Below are positions 43,721-51,782 of a stretch of 64,000 nt of DNA, one piece after another; position 1 is the first letter of the stretch, and each line of letters begins with the position of its first letter. The position numbers and the translations under genes were made by a program. Below the pieces are notes generated by a model. The model was not told the DNA's origin. It saw only the letters and a program-made list of their open reading frames with translations, and searched no databases. The DNA is taken from the NCBI GenBank assembly GCA_943354005.1, contig CALRBE010000002.1:25810-89809 (forward strand), in the 5' to 3' direction. This DNA comes from an uncultured Candidatus Saccharimonas sp. Lineage in GTDB: Bacteria; Patescibacteriota; Saccharimonadia; Saccharimonadales; AWTP1-31.

Positions 43721-45014
43721 ATATTTATTGAATACTCTCAAGACACTTAAGATACTAATGTTTATTAGTGTTTTCAGTATTTCAGCATTAGTACCAAGAG
43801 TTGCATTCGCGCTAACTGAAAGGCAATGTGATCAAAGTTATTTGAGAAATATTGGAGCGGTTAACCTTAGTTGCGCGATAGAAGAAAAATGTTCTGTGCC
43901 TGATAGCGCAGTATCGATAAATCTAAGTGGTAACGACAATCCTGAAAAAATATGGAACTTTTTAATTCAGAAGGGACTTTCACCTCAAAATGCAGCAGGT
44001 TTCTTGGGTAATATTCAAGCTGAGTCTGGATTTAATCCAAAATTGGTAGAGTATGCATATTCTAAGAAACCTCACTTATCGGATACATTACCTCCTGCGC
44101 AAAACAGTAAAGGACAGCCGGGATATGGCCTAATACAATGGACATTCCCTACACGAAGAGATAAGTTACAAGAAAAGGTAGATAATGACCCCCAAAAAAG
44201 AATAGCTGGTGATCTTTCACTCCAGCTTGAATTAATATGGGAAGAGCTGAATGGAGGATTTAAAAAAAGTACATTAGATCCTCTTAAGAATGCCAAGACT
44301 GCTACAGAATCTAGTATTATCATCACCAAAAACTATGAGATCCCGGGCGATCCAGCTAAAGAAATACCCAAGAGGGCTGCTGCTGCTGAGGAGTTTCTTA
44401 AAAAATACTCTTCACTAGGTCAAGGTGTGCCTATACCTGGAGGGGCCGCTGTTACTCCAAGTGCATCAGCTGAATGCGATGCAGGTATTTCGGGCCCGGG
44501 TGCTAATACTAAGTTCATAGATGGTTTTACGGTTTATAGTCAGTATGATCCAGCCTGGAAAGACTTGCCATATTCTTCAAGTACGATTGGTAAGTCAGGC
44601 TGTGGTCCTGCGGCCATGGCAATGATTATAACTAATTTAACAGGTAAAAGCGTAGGTGTAGTAGAAACCGCAAACTTTGCTGCTAGTAATGGACAATACA
44701 TACCAGGCGCAGGAAGCGCCTGGACTATAGCGCCAGTCTTAGCTCAAAAATATGGTCTAAAAGCAACACAAATAGGAAAAGATCTTGCAAGAATAACTCA
44801 AACTCTACAAGCTGGAGGTCTAGTCATTGCTTCAGGTAAAGGTCCTGTGCCTTTTACTACGGGTGGCCACTTTATCGTGATAAGGGCAGTTACACCATCA
44901 GGTAAATTCCTGGTGGGTGATTCAGCACATGAAGCTGCCAACACACAGGAATGGGATCCTCAACAATTATTAAGCGCAATGCCAGGAGGCAGTACTTATG
45001 CAGTTACTAAGTAA
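43704..45014 (+). CDS. secreted two-domain cell-wall hydrolase (lysozyme-like + C39/papain-like cysteine peptidase domain)
   Basis: Start trimmed to MKYYHKYLL... (signal peptide ending AFA). FLGNIQAESGFNP and GYGLIQWT (phage-tail-lysozyme-like). C-terminal SGCGPAAMAMI and GGHFIVIRAV (Cys/His pair). Confidence 0.65.
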   Translation: MKYYHKYLLNTLKTLKILMFISVFSISALVPRVAFALTERQCDQSYLRNIGAVNLSCAIEEKCSVPDSAVSINLSGNDNPEKIWNFLIQKGLSPQNAAGFLGNIQAESGFNPKLVEYAYSKKPHLSDTLPPAQNSKGQPGYGLIQWTFPTRRDKLQEKVDNDPQKRIAGDLSLQLELIWEELNGGFKKSTLDPLKNAKTATESSIIITKNYEIPGDPAKEIPKRAAAAEEFLKKYSSLGQGVPIPGGAAVTPSASAECDAGISGPGANTKFIDGFTVYSQYDPAWKDLPYSSSTIGKSGCGPAAMAMIITNLTGKSVGVVETANFAASNGQYIPGAGSAWTIAPVLAQKYGLKATQIGKDLARITQTLQAGGLVIASGKGPVPFTTGGHFIVIRAVTPSGKFLVGDSAHEAANTQEWDPQQLLSAMPGGSTYAVTK

Positions 45015-45585
45015 TTTTCAAGAGAATGTTAATCTATCCAGGAATAAAAAAATAGGGCTATCTATAGGGGCTTTTATAGTTATTGCGATGATTGTATTAT
45101 TCGTGTCTTTCCTAGGTAAAGATCCGCAAAACAAAACGGAAGTATACTATGATCCTGCATCAAAAGAAACTATAGATGAGAAAGAAGATAAGACTCCTGA
45201 AACACTTTTAGATAACGCGTCTACAGAGCCAGTATTTTTAGGTTTTGGTAAAATTATTGAATACGGAATTTCTCAGGATCAGCTTACAAATTTAAAAACT
45301 GCCTTCAATACTTATTTAGGTAAAGGAAACAATGGTAAAAGGGAAGTAAGTATATATGTTGACTCTATATCTTCATATAAAGTAAATGATGTGCCTGATT
45401 CAGATTTTGGTTTATCATTTGATGTAATTATTGATAGAAAAACAAAATTATCAGCGATTATGTATCAATTGAAAGTTTCAGATATTCAATTAAAACTTTA
45501 TAAAGAGGGCTCAGATAAGGCAATTTTCGATTCAGGTATAGTAACTAATTCTCCTAATGTTAATACTGAGGACTTAGTAGATTAG
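44998..45585 (+). CDS. hypothetical bitopic membrane protein, last gene of the T4SS-like operon
   Basis: 195 aa. N-terminal TM helix (IGLSIGAFIVIAMIVLFVSFL) plus a ~150-aa ectodomain. Only its size and topology resemble VirB8. Confidence 0.45.
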   Translation: MQLLSNFQENVNLSRNKKIGLSIGAFIVIAMIVLFVSFLGKDPQNKTEVYYDPASKETIDEKEDKTPETLLDNASTEPVFLGFGKIIEYGISQDQLTNLKTAFNTYLGKGNNGKREVSIYVDSISSYKVNDVPDSDFGLSFDVIIDRKTKLSAIMYQLKVSDIQLKLYKEGSDKAIFDSGIVTNSPNVNTEDLVD

Positions 45586-46634
45586 GTAATCGGTATAATT
45601 CTGCACTTATCCATAAAGTGATGTACTACTATGTCAGCGTCTGTAGTTGTTATAAACGTTTGGTAGTCTTGAAGATAGTTTGTTAAAGCTTTACGTCTTG
45701 AACCATCTAATTCGCTAAAGACATCGTCAAGTAAAAAAATAGGTTTCTTGTTTCGGCTTTTTTCTATGATCTTCAGTTCAAGAATTTTTAACGTTAATAA
45801 GATCGTACGACTCTCTCCACGGGACGCACTAATTGCAGCTGGGTGTGAGTCTATTTTTATAACAATATCGTCTCTATGGGGCCCATATGACGTAAAGCCG
45901 CGTTGTTTATCCTCGTCTATGTTCTGTTCGAGATGCTTCATTAGATCCGTCGAATAATTAGAAATATTACAGCTACTTAAGTAATTAATTGTTATCTCAT
46001 TATTAGTTTTAGAAAGAGATTGATATATAGTTGAAATCTCTTCTTGAAGCTTATCGATTAGAATAGTACGGTATAGAACTATTTTTCCAGCCAGTTCGGA
46101 CAAGCGTACGTTCCAAACAAACATTTCATCAGTATTTATATGAATACTTTTAAGTAATCTATTTCGTTGAGCTAATGTTCTTTTATATTCTCGCCTAAGA
46201 GTTGCATATCCGGTAATTGTTTGTTCTAGTATTCCATCTATATATTCTCGACGTCTTTCAGGTCCACCGCTTAGTAGTCGTAAGTGGTCTGGCTCAAAGA
46301 CTACAACTGGAATCGTTTTATTTAAAACAAGGCGTTTAAGTGGCACCGATTGAATAACATACTTTTTTTCAGAGTTAGTATCTTTACGCTCTAGTGTGAC
46401 AGTACGTTTTCCGTCTTGAGTTGTCATATCTAGCCTAGTCCATGGTGCATCAAAAGAAATAAGATCGATATCTTTAGCCCTATACGATGATCCGCGACAA
46501 AGAACCAAAATAGCTTCAAGAAGATTTGTTTTACCGCTGGCATTAGCTCCAACGATAATGTTCACTCCTTTGCCAAATTCAAAAGTAGCATCGCCATATG
46601 AACGATAGCTTTGAAGCCGTAAATCAGAAATCAT
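45582..46634 (-). CDS. recF: DNA replication and repair protein RecF
   Basis: 350 aa. GANASGKTNLLEAI Walker A and FLLDDVFSELD Walker B. Sits in the dnaA-dnaN-recF order. Confidence 0.92.
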   Translation of the reverse strand: MISDLRLQSYRSYGDATFEFGKGVNIIVGANASGKTNLLEAILVLCRGSSYRAKDIDLISFDAPWTRLDMTTQDGKRTVTLERKDTNSEKKYVIQSVPLKRLVLNKTIPVVVFEPDHLRLLSGGPERRREYIDGILEQTITGYATLRREYKRTLAQRNRLLKSIHINTDEMFVWNVRLSELAGKIVLYRTILIDKLQEEISTIYQSLSKTNNEITINYLSSCNISNYSTDLMKHLEQNIDEDKQRGFTSYGPHRDDIVIKIDSHPAAISASRGESRTILLTLKILELKIIEKSRNKKPIFLLDDVFSELDGSRRKALTNYLQDYQTFITTTDADIVVHHFMDKCRIIPIT

Positions 46635-46643
46635 ACTACTACT

Positions 46644-47735
46644 TTAACTCTTGAGTGGCATAATCACATGGATATAATCCGTTGATTTTGCTTCCTTAAG
46701 AACACAGGGCTCAAGTTTACCGTTAAAACAGAGCATAACTGTATCACCACTAAGCGTTCCGAGAGCATCTAAAAGATATCGAGAGTTTAAGGTAATTGAG
46801 CCCTCAGCCGTTACCTCGGCGTCAGCTTGAGCAGTATTCTCTCCGAGTTGAGAGGCAACAGAGCGAATACTGACAGATTTAGCTTCTGGGTCAGCGTGAA
46901 TAGTGACGCTTCCGGCACTTTCTTTTGCAAACAAGCTCGATACTTTTGTGATATTCGCGAAATCTGCTCGCTTCAATGTAGCGGTAACTGCAAAAGTACT
47001 AGGAATCAGTTTCTTGTAGTCAGGATAATTGCCATCAATAAGTCTAGTCATAAGCTCAACTTCACCGACCTTAAATAGAACCTGCTGATCATCGTGGATT
47101 ATTTCAATATCTGTATCCTGGTCTCCGATAACTCTAAGTAGCTCCTGCATTGAGCTGGCTGGCACTAGAATATTTATATCTTCCTCAAGTGGCATAATTT
47201 CTTTTTCAGCTAAACGGTAACTGTCTGTGGAGGCAATATATAGTTTTCCACCTGATGTGTGGATATAAAGGCCAGTAAGAACTGGACGTGCTTCATCATT
47301 ACTAGCAGCTACGAGTACTTGCTGTAGGCCTTTTTTGAAAACTTTCACTGGTATTGTCCAAGTTTTTCCTTCAGTAATTGCTGGCATAACAGGGAACTCT
47401 TCAGCAGATACACCATTGATTACAGAGTTATATTGATCGGTAGTGATATGCAGCTTATAGTCATCGAGCTTTAGTTCAATAACACCACTAGGTAGACTAC
47501 CTACAAAGTCTTGCATGAGTCGGGCTGGAACAGTAATACTTCCTTCTTCACTTACTTTTGATCCAATGTAGTGAGTTATTGCAATATCTAGGTTTGTTGC
47601 AGCGATTGTCAGTCTTGTACCAACTGTCCTTAAAACTACGTTTGCTAGAATCGGTAATGTGCCACGAGTATTAGCAATACGGGCAACACTAGATAGTGCT
47701 TTATTTAGATTTTCTTGAGTTACTTGTAATTTCAT
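46644..47735 (-). CDS. dnaN: DNA polymerase III beta sliding clamp
   Basis: 363 aa with typical three-domain length. MKLQVTQENLNKALSSVARIANTRGTLPILANV. Position between dnaA and recF. Confidence 0.93.
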   Translation of the reverse strand: MKLQVTQENLNKALSSVARIANTRGTLPILANVVLRTVGTRLTIAATNLDIAITHYIGSKVSEEGSITVPARLMQDFVGSLPSGVIELKLDDYKLHITTDQYNSVINGVSAEEFPVMPAITEGKTWTIPVKVFKKGLQQVLVAASNDEARPVLTGLYIHTSGGKLYIASTDSYRLAEKEIMPLEEDINILVPASSMQELLRVIGDQDTDIEIIHDDQQVLFKVGEVELMTRLIDGNYPDYKKLIPSTFAVTATLKRADFANITKVSSLFAKESAGSVTIHADPEAKSVSIRSVASQLGENTAQADAEVTAEGSITLNSRYLLDALGTLSGDTVMLCFNGKLEPCVLKEAKSTDYIHVIMPLKS

Positions 47736-48023
47736 ACACAGCTCCTTGCCATTGTCTTATTATTAAATGAATTCTTATTTAGAAATATAGTACTTATAGT
47801 AGGGCCTGTGGGTAATGAGTATAAGTCGTTACTAACAGGGAATAAACCAACAATAAGTCGAGTAAAAGATAGGGGCATAAGTAGTGTAAAAGTACCACTA
47901 TTTACACACAGGCTGCGCACAAAATGTGTGCAAAAAGCAGGGGAGGGGACAAAACTCGTAGTTATACTACAAACTGTCCATATACGCTGCACAGCTTGTC
48001 CACAATACAAGACTACATTTTTA
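47736..48023. promoter_or_regulatory. dnaA-dnaN intergenic region with DnaA-box-like sites (possible second half of a bipartite oriC)
   Basis: TGTGGGTAA at 47807..47815 (= TTACCCACA) and TTGTCCACA at 47996..48004. Each is one mismatch from TTATCCACA. Confidence 0.45.
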
Positions 48024-49391
48024 CTATGCATACAAGCGATCCTTTATTTCAGAAATTGCAGTTCTTAAGTCGGCATCAAGTGTACTTTCCTTGGCTATTT
48101 TTTCTACTGAATGAATTGCTGTCGTATGATCTTTACGTCCAAGCTCCCTTGCGATTTTAGGAAAACTTAAATGCAGCTCACTACGTAATATATACATTGC
48201 TATTTGTCTTGGTACTACGATATCTTTATCTCGCTTAGGACCCATTATGTCTTCCATGCTGACATGATAGTGTTTTGCAGTCCTTTCGACTATTTGCTTA
48301 GCATTAATGTGCTTCGGGCGAACCTTACTAGAACCAAGCAAGCTTTTAGCAATTTGGAGCTCAGGTTGTAGCCCTCTCATTTCACAAAAAGCTAATAATT
48401 GGTTTAAGGCCCCTTCTAATTCTCTAATGTTTGTTTGGACATGAGTCGCTAGATATTCAACGACGCTCGGTTCTAATGTAATTCCATGAGTTGTGGACTT
48501 TGTTTGGACAATAGCACAGCGAGTTTCGAAATCTGGAATTTGCATATCAATACTCATTCCCCAGTTGAATCGTGACCTGAGACGCTCTTCCAGTGTAGGA
48601 ATATCTTTAGGTGGCTTATCACTACTTATAATAATCTGCTTATTTGCCTGATGGAGTGCATTAAAAGTATGGAAGAATTCTTCCTGAGTCTTCTCTTTAC
48701 CTGCGATAAACTGCATATCATCCACGATAAGAACATCTGCACTTCTATAGAATCCTGCAAAGTCAGTATTTTTCTTATAACGAATAGCGTCTAAGAATTC
48801 CTGGACAAATTGCTCGGAAGAAATATAGACAACATGAGCTTTAGGATCGTTAGATAGAATCGCATTACCAACAGCCTGAATAAGGTGTGTCTTACCGATT
48901 CCTACTCCACCATAAAGAAATAGCGGGTTATATCGTGTTCCTGGTGCGCTAGCGATAGCTTGGCACGCCGCATAGGCTAATTCATTCCCAGAACCAACGA
49001 TAAAGTTATCAAAAGTATATTTCTCATTCAAACCCTGTCGATATGAATGGCGAACACTGGAACTAGATTTTGGTTTTGTGTCAGTTTGCTGAGGGGCGAC
49101 TACCATGACAGTTTCCTCACTACTTCGCTTATGTAGTGTGCTCTTTCCTTTTGTATGGATCTTGTAGTCAACTTTAGTAGGTTCAACGCCATTCTTTTTC
49201 AGGGTATCTATAATAAGGTCATTAAATTTTCGCTCTAATTGATTCTTAACGAAAACAGTAGGGACGCCTACTACGAGTAGGCCGTCTTTATTTGTGAGAA
49301 GCTCAGTGTTTTTAAACCAGGTAATAAAGCTGGCACGAGAAACAGTAAGTTCAATCTCACCGAGTACTGACTTCCATAAAATGTCTTTCAT
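48024..49391 (-). CDS. dnaA: chromosomal replication initiator DnaA
   Basis: Start trimmed to MKDILWKSVLGEIE (ATG at 49391). Walker A GGVGIGKTHL, AAA+ boxes and a C-terminal DnaA-box-binding HTH (KDHTTAIHSV). Confidence 0.95.
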   Translation of the reverse strand: MKDILWKSVLGEIELTVSRASFITWFKNTELLTNKDGLLVVGVPTVFVKNQLERKFNDLIIDTLKKNGVEPTKVDYKIHTKGKSTLHKRSSEETVMVVAPQQTDTKPKSSSSVRHSYRQGLNEKYTFDNFIVGSGNELAYAACQAIASAPGTRYNPLFLYGGVGIGKTHLIQAVGNAILSNDPKAHVVYISSEQFVQEFLDAIRYKKNTDFAGFYRSADVLIVDDMQFIAGKEKTQEEFFHTFNALHQANKQIIISSDKPPKDIPTLEERLRSRFNWGMSIDMQIPDFETRCAIVQTKSTTHGITLEPSVVEYLATHVQTNIRELEGALNQLLAFCEMRGLQPELQIAKSLLGSSKVRPKHINAKQIVERTAKHYHVSMEDIMGPKRDKDIVVPRQIAMYILRSELHLSFPKIARELGRKDHTTAIHSVEKIAKESTLDADLRTAISEIKDRLYA

Positions 49392-49720
49392 AACCCCTAC
49401 TACCGCCCTATCTAATTGGTATAAATGTATTCTATACAAAAAAGACTGAGTTTTCCACAAGCTAGATTTTCTTTTAGGGGTAGCGTATCAAAAGTCTTGC
49501 AAACAGTAGTAAACTTGTGCACAGAGGAAGGCCCTCTCTTGTAATCTGTGGAAAAGACTTGGAGTATGGTGGAAAACTTGATAGAATTAGTGGGTTAAAT
49601 ATTGTCAATTTGACTCAACTACGTAGTAATATTTGTCACAGAACTAAGTACTTCGTACAACAGAGCCAAACTTTCGACAGTAAACTTGGATAAGTAAGCA
49701 AATAAGGATACAGTAACACT
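49392..49720. promoter_or_regulatory. candidate oriC / dnaA promoter region
   Basis: TTTTCCACA at 49451..49459, TGTGGAAAA at 49547..49555 and GGTGGAAAA at 49568..49576, followed by an AT-rich stretch at about 49590..49640. It lies between divergent dnaA and rpmH. Confidence 0.6.
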
Positions 49721-49858
49721 ATGCCAAAAAGAACATACCAACCGAAGAAACGACATCGCTCACGCGAACACGGATTCTTAAAAAGAATGGCGACCAAAGC
49801 TGGCCGTAACATTCTACGTGCACGCCGCAACAAAGGTCGAGCACGACTCACACATTAA
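49721..49858 (+). CDS. rpmH: 50S ribosomal protein L34
   Basis: Not in the ORF track (45 aa). Translation reads [45 protein letters not shown], and the gene lies upstream of rnpA. Confidence 0.93.
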   Translation: MPKRTYQPKKRHRSREHGFLKRMATKAGRNILRARRNKGRARLTH

Positions 49859-49895
49859 AGATATTATTCTTTAGAAAACCACATATACTAGTAAC

Positions 49896-50237
49896 ATGAT
49901 TTCCTATAAAAACCGCTTTCACGGACGTAATAGTCTGCGATTCGTGTATACCAACGGAAAAACATACCGTTCTACGGCCTTAGCCCTTCGTATTGTTGAT
50001 AACGCACGAACTGTAAATTATCGCTGCGCAGTTGTTGTCAGTAAGAAAATTAGTAAGTCTGCAGTTAAGCGCAACAGAATGCGCCGCCGGCTATATGAGA
50101 TTATTCGAAAGAATGAAAAACATATAGCTGCGCATACTGACATCATCGTGACCGTCTATACCGATCAGGTTGCGACAATGCCAGCCTCTGAACTTGAAGA
50201 AACAGTTTTAAAGCTACTTCAGCAATATCAGCAATAA
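49896..50237 (+). CDS. rnpA: ribonuclease P protein component
   Basis: 113 aa and basic. The KSAVKRNRMRRRLYEIIR (RNR) motif, located after rpmH. Confidence 0.88.
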   Translation: MISYKNRFHGRNSLRFVYTNGKTYRSTALALRIVDNARTVNYRCAVVVSKKISKSAVKRNRMRRRLYEIIRKNEKHIAAHTDIIVTVYTDQVATMPASELEETVLKLLQQYQQ

Positions 50238-50323
50238 CCCTGCCTAACAGTGATAATCATGGTATTATAACTATAGCTTTACCGAAGAGTCCAATATACT
50301 AACCTACACATAGAGGAGCTTTC

Positions 50324-51247
50324 ATGTTTAATACACTTATCGTTAATCCTATCTTTAACCTTCTGGTTTTTATTTACGCAATTATCCCAGGACATAACTT
50401 TGGCCTGGCAATAATCATATTCACAGTTCTAGTTCGTCTTCTAATGTGGCCACTTATTAAGAAGCAGCTACACCAAGCTAAGGCTATGCGTGAATTGCAG
50501 CCTGAACTTAAGCGCATAAAGTTGGCCGCAAAGGGCGACAAACAAAAAGAATCAACGATGATGATGGAACTCTATAAAGAACGAGAGATTAATCCATTCT
50601 CAAGTATCGGACTACTGATCGTACAGATTCCTATTTTCCTTGGGCTATATAGCGGACTCAATAGAATCGTAAAAGACCAGGGAGCGATTATTGATTATTC
50701 CTATTCTTTTATTGCAAAACTACCATGGATTAAAACACTTGCAGCAGATCCTTCTAAATTCGATAGTACCCTCTTTGGAATTGTTGACCTTACTAAAGCT
50801 GCCGTCGAAAAGGGAGGCGTTATCTATTGGCCGGCAATGATTATTGTGGCTGCCAGTGCCGTTATGCAGTACTTCCAGGCAAAACAACTAATGCCAGATA
50901 CTAAAGATAAGAAGTCACTTCGTCAGATTCTAGGACAGGCCGGTGAAGGTAAACAAGCAGATCAAGCTGAAGTTAGTGCAGCTGTCGGGCGAAGTACTAA
51001 GTTTATTCTTCCAATATTTATATTCATCGTTACTGTTAATATAGCTTCCGCCCTATCCTTGTACTGGCTCACCAGCGGTATCGTAGCCTTTATCCAGCAA
51101 TCTAGAGTCCTAGGACAAGATAAGACAGAAATGACCACTGCTACGACCAGTAATAAGAAAGTCATTGAAGCTGAGATAATTCCTCCTAAAAACAAAAAAC
51201 CAAAAAAGAAGACTCCAAAAAAAGGAACTAAAAAAACAAGGAGTTAG
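50324..51247 (+). CDS. yidC: YidC/Oxa1 family membrane protein insertase
   Basis: 307 aa. NFGLAIIIFTVLVRLLMWPL, five TM helices, a basic K-rich C-terminal tail and conserved synteny. Confidence 0.88.
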   Translation: MFNTLIVNPIFNLLVFIYAIIPGHNFGLAIIIFTVLVRLLMWPLIKKQLHQAKAMRELQPELKRIKLAAKGDKQKESTMMMELYKEREINPFSSIGLLIVQIPIFLGLYSGLNRIVKDQGAIIDYSYSFIAKLPWIKTLAADPSKFDSTLFGIVDLTKAAVEKGGVIYWPAMIIVAASAVMQYFQAKQLMPDTKDKKSLRQILGQAGEGKQADQAEVSAAVGRSTKFILPIFIFIVTVNIASALSLYWLTSGIVAFIQQSRVLGQDKTEMTTATTSNKKVIEAEIIPPKNKKPKKKTPKKGTKKTRS

Positions 51248-51250
51248 AAT

Positions 51251-51706
51251 ATGGACGAATCAATCATTTATGCTAAGAAGTATCTTGAGGATCTTCTATC
51301 TTTCTTCGGCCTTAACACTGTAGTAGTAGCGCATAATAGTGAAGATGAAGTTATTGAACTAAACATCCCTTCAACACACCTCAATGGCTTTCTTATCGGA
51401 CAACATGGCGACACTGTAAGGGCACTGCAATTCATTGTAAGTAACGCGCTCAAGAATAATGACTATCCAATTACACGAGTTAATGTAGACGTTGCAGACT
51501 ACAAGAAATCTCACTCCGAAAGACTAGCTGAAGTAGCGACAGAGTGGATTACAAAAGTAAAAGAAACTAAAGAAGACATGCATTTAAAACCTATGAATGC
51601 CGCTGATCGACGTACAGTACATAAAGTTGCCAGTGAACACGGAATAGTAACTGAATCTGTCGGTGAAGGTCGAGAACGTCACATTGTGCTTAAAAAATCC
51701 GAATAG
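51251..51706 (+). CDS. jag: Jag/KhpB RNA-binding protein (KH + R3H domains)
   Basis: 151 aa. GQHGDTVRALQ (KH GxxG) and PMNAADRRTVHKV (R3H). Located after yidC. Confidence 0.8.
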   Translation: MDESIIYAKKYLEDLLSFFGLNTVVVAHNSEDEVIELNIPSTHLNGFLIGQHGDTVRALQFIVSNALKNNDYPITRVNVDVADYKKSHSERLAEVATEWITKVKETKEDMHLKPMNAADRRTVHKVASEHGIVTESVGEGRERHIVLKKSE

Positions 51707-51782
51707 CAACAATCGTTTGAATACAGTTTTATTTGTGCTACCATAAGCATAATTATATAAATTAAATATAGGCGAAAATAAA

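Noticed and set aside
28867-45585. Possibility that the T4SS locus is an integrative conjugative element inserted at the tRNA cluster
   Set aside because: I saw no integrase, recombinase or relaxase ORF. I also found no direct repeat of either tRNA-Ser 3' end near the recF-proximal boundary (45.5-45.6 kb). An hsp20 gene sits between the tRNAs and the locus. This cannot be fully excluded without whole-genome comparison.
47732-48160. Three overlapping ORFs (99, 86 and 78 aa) in and around the dnaA-dnaN spacer
   Set aside because: They overlap each other on both strands, and their translations are Cys/Phe/Thr-rich with no ribosome-binding site. The region carries DnaA-box-like sites and is better explained as non-coding origin or promoter DNA.
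49392-49460. 23-codon N-terminal extension of the dnaA ORF (MWKTQSFLYRIHLYQLDRAVVGV)
   Set aside because: The extension contains a TTTTCCACA DnaA box and has no similarity to DnaA N-termini. The internal ATG at 49391 gives the canonical MKDILWKSVLGEIE start.
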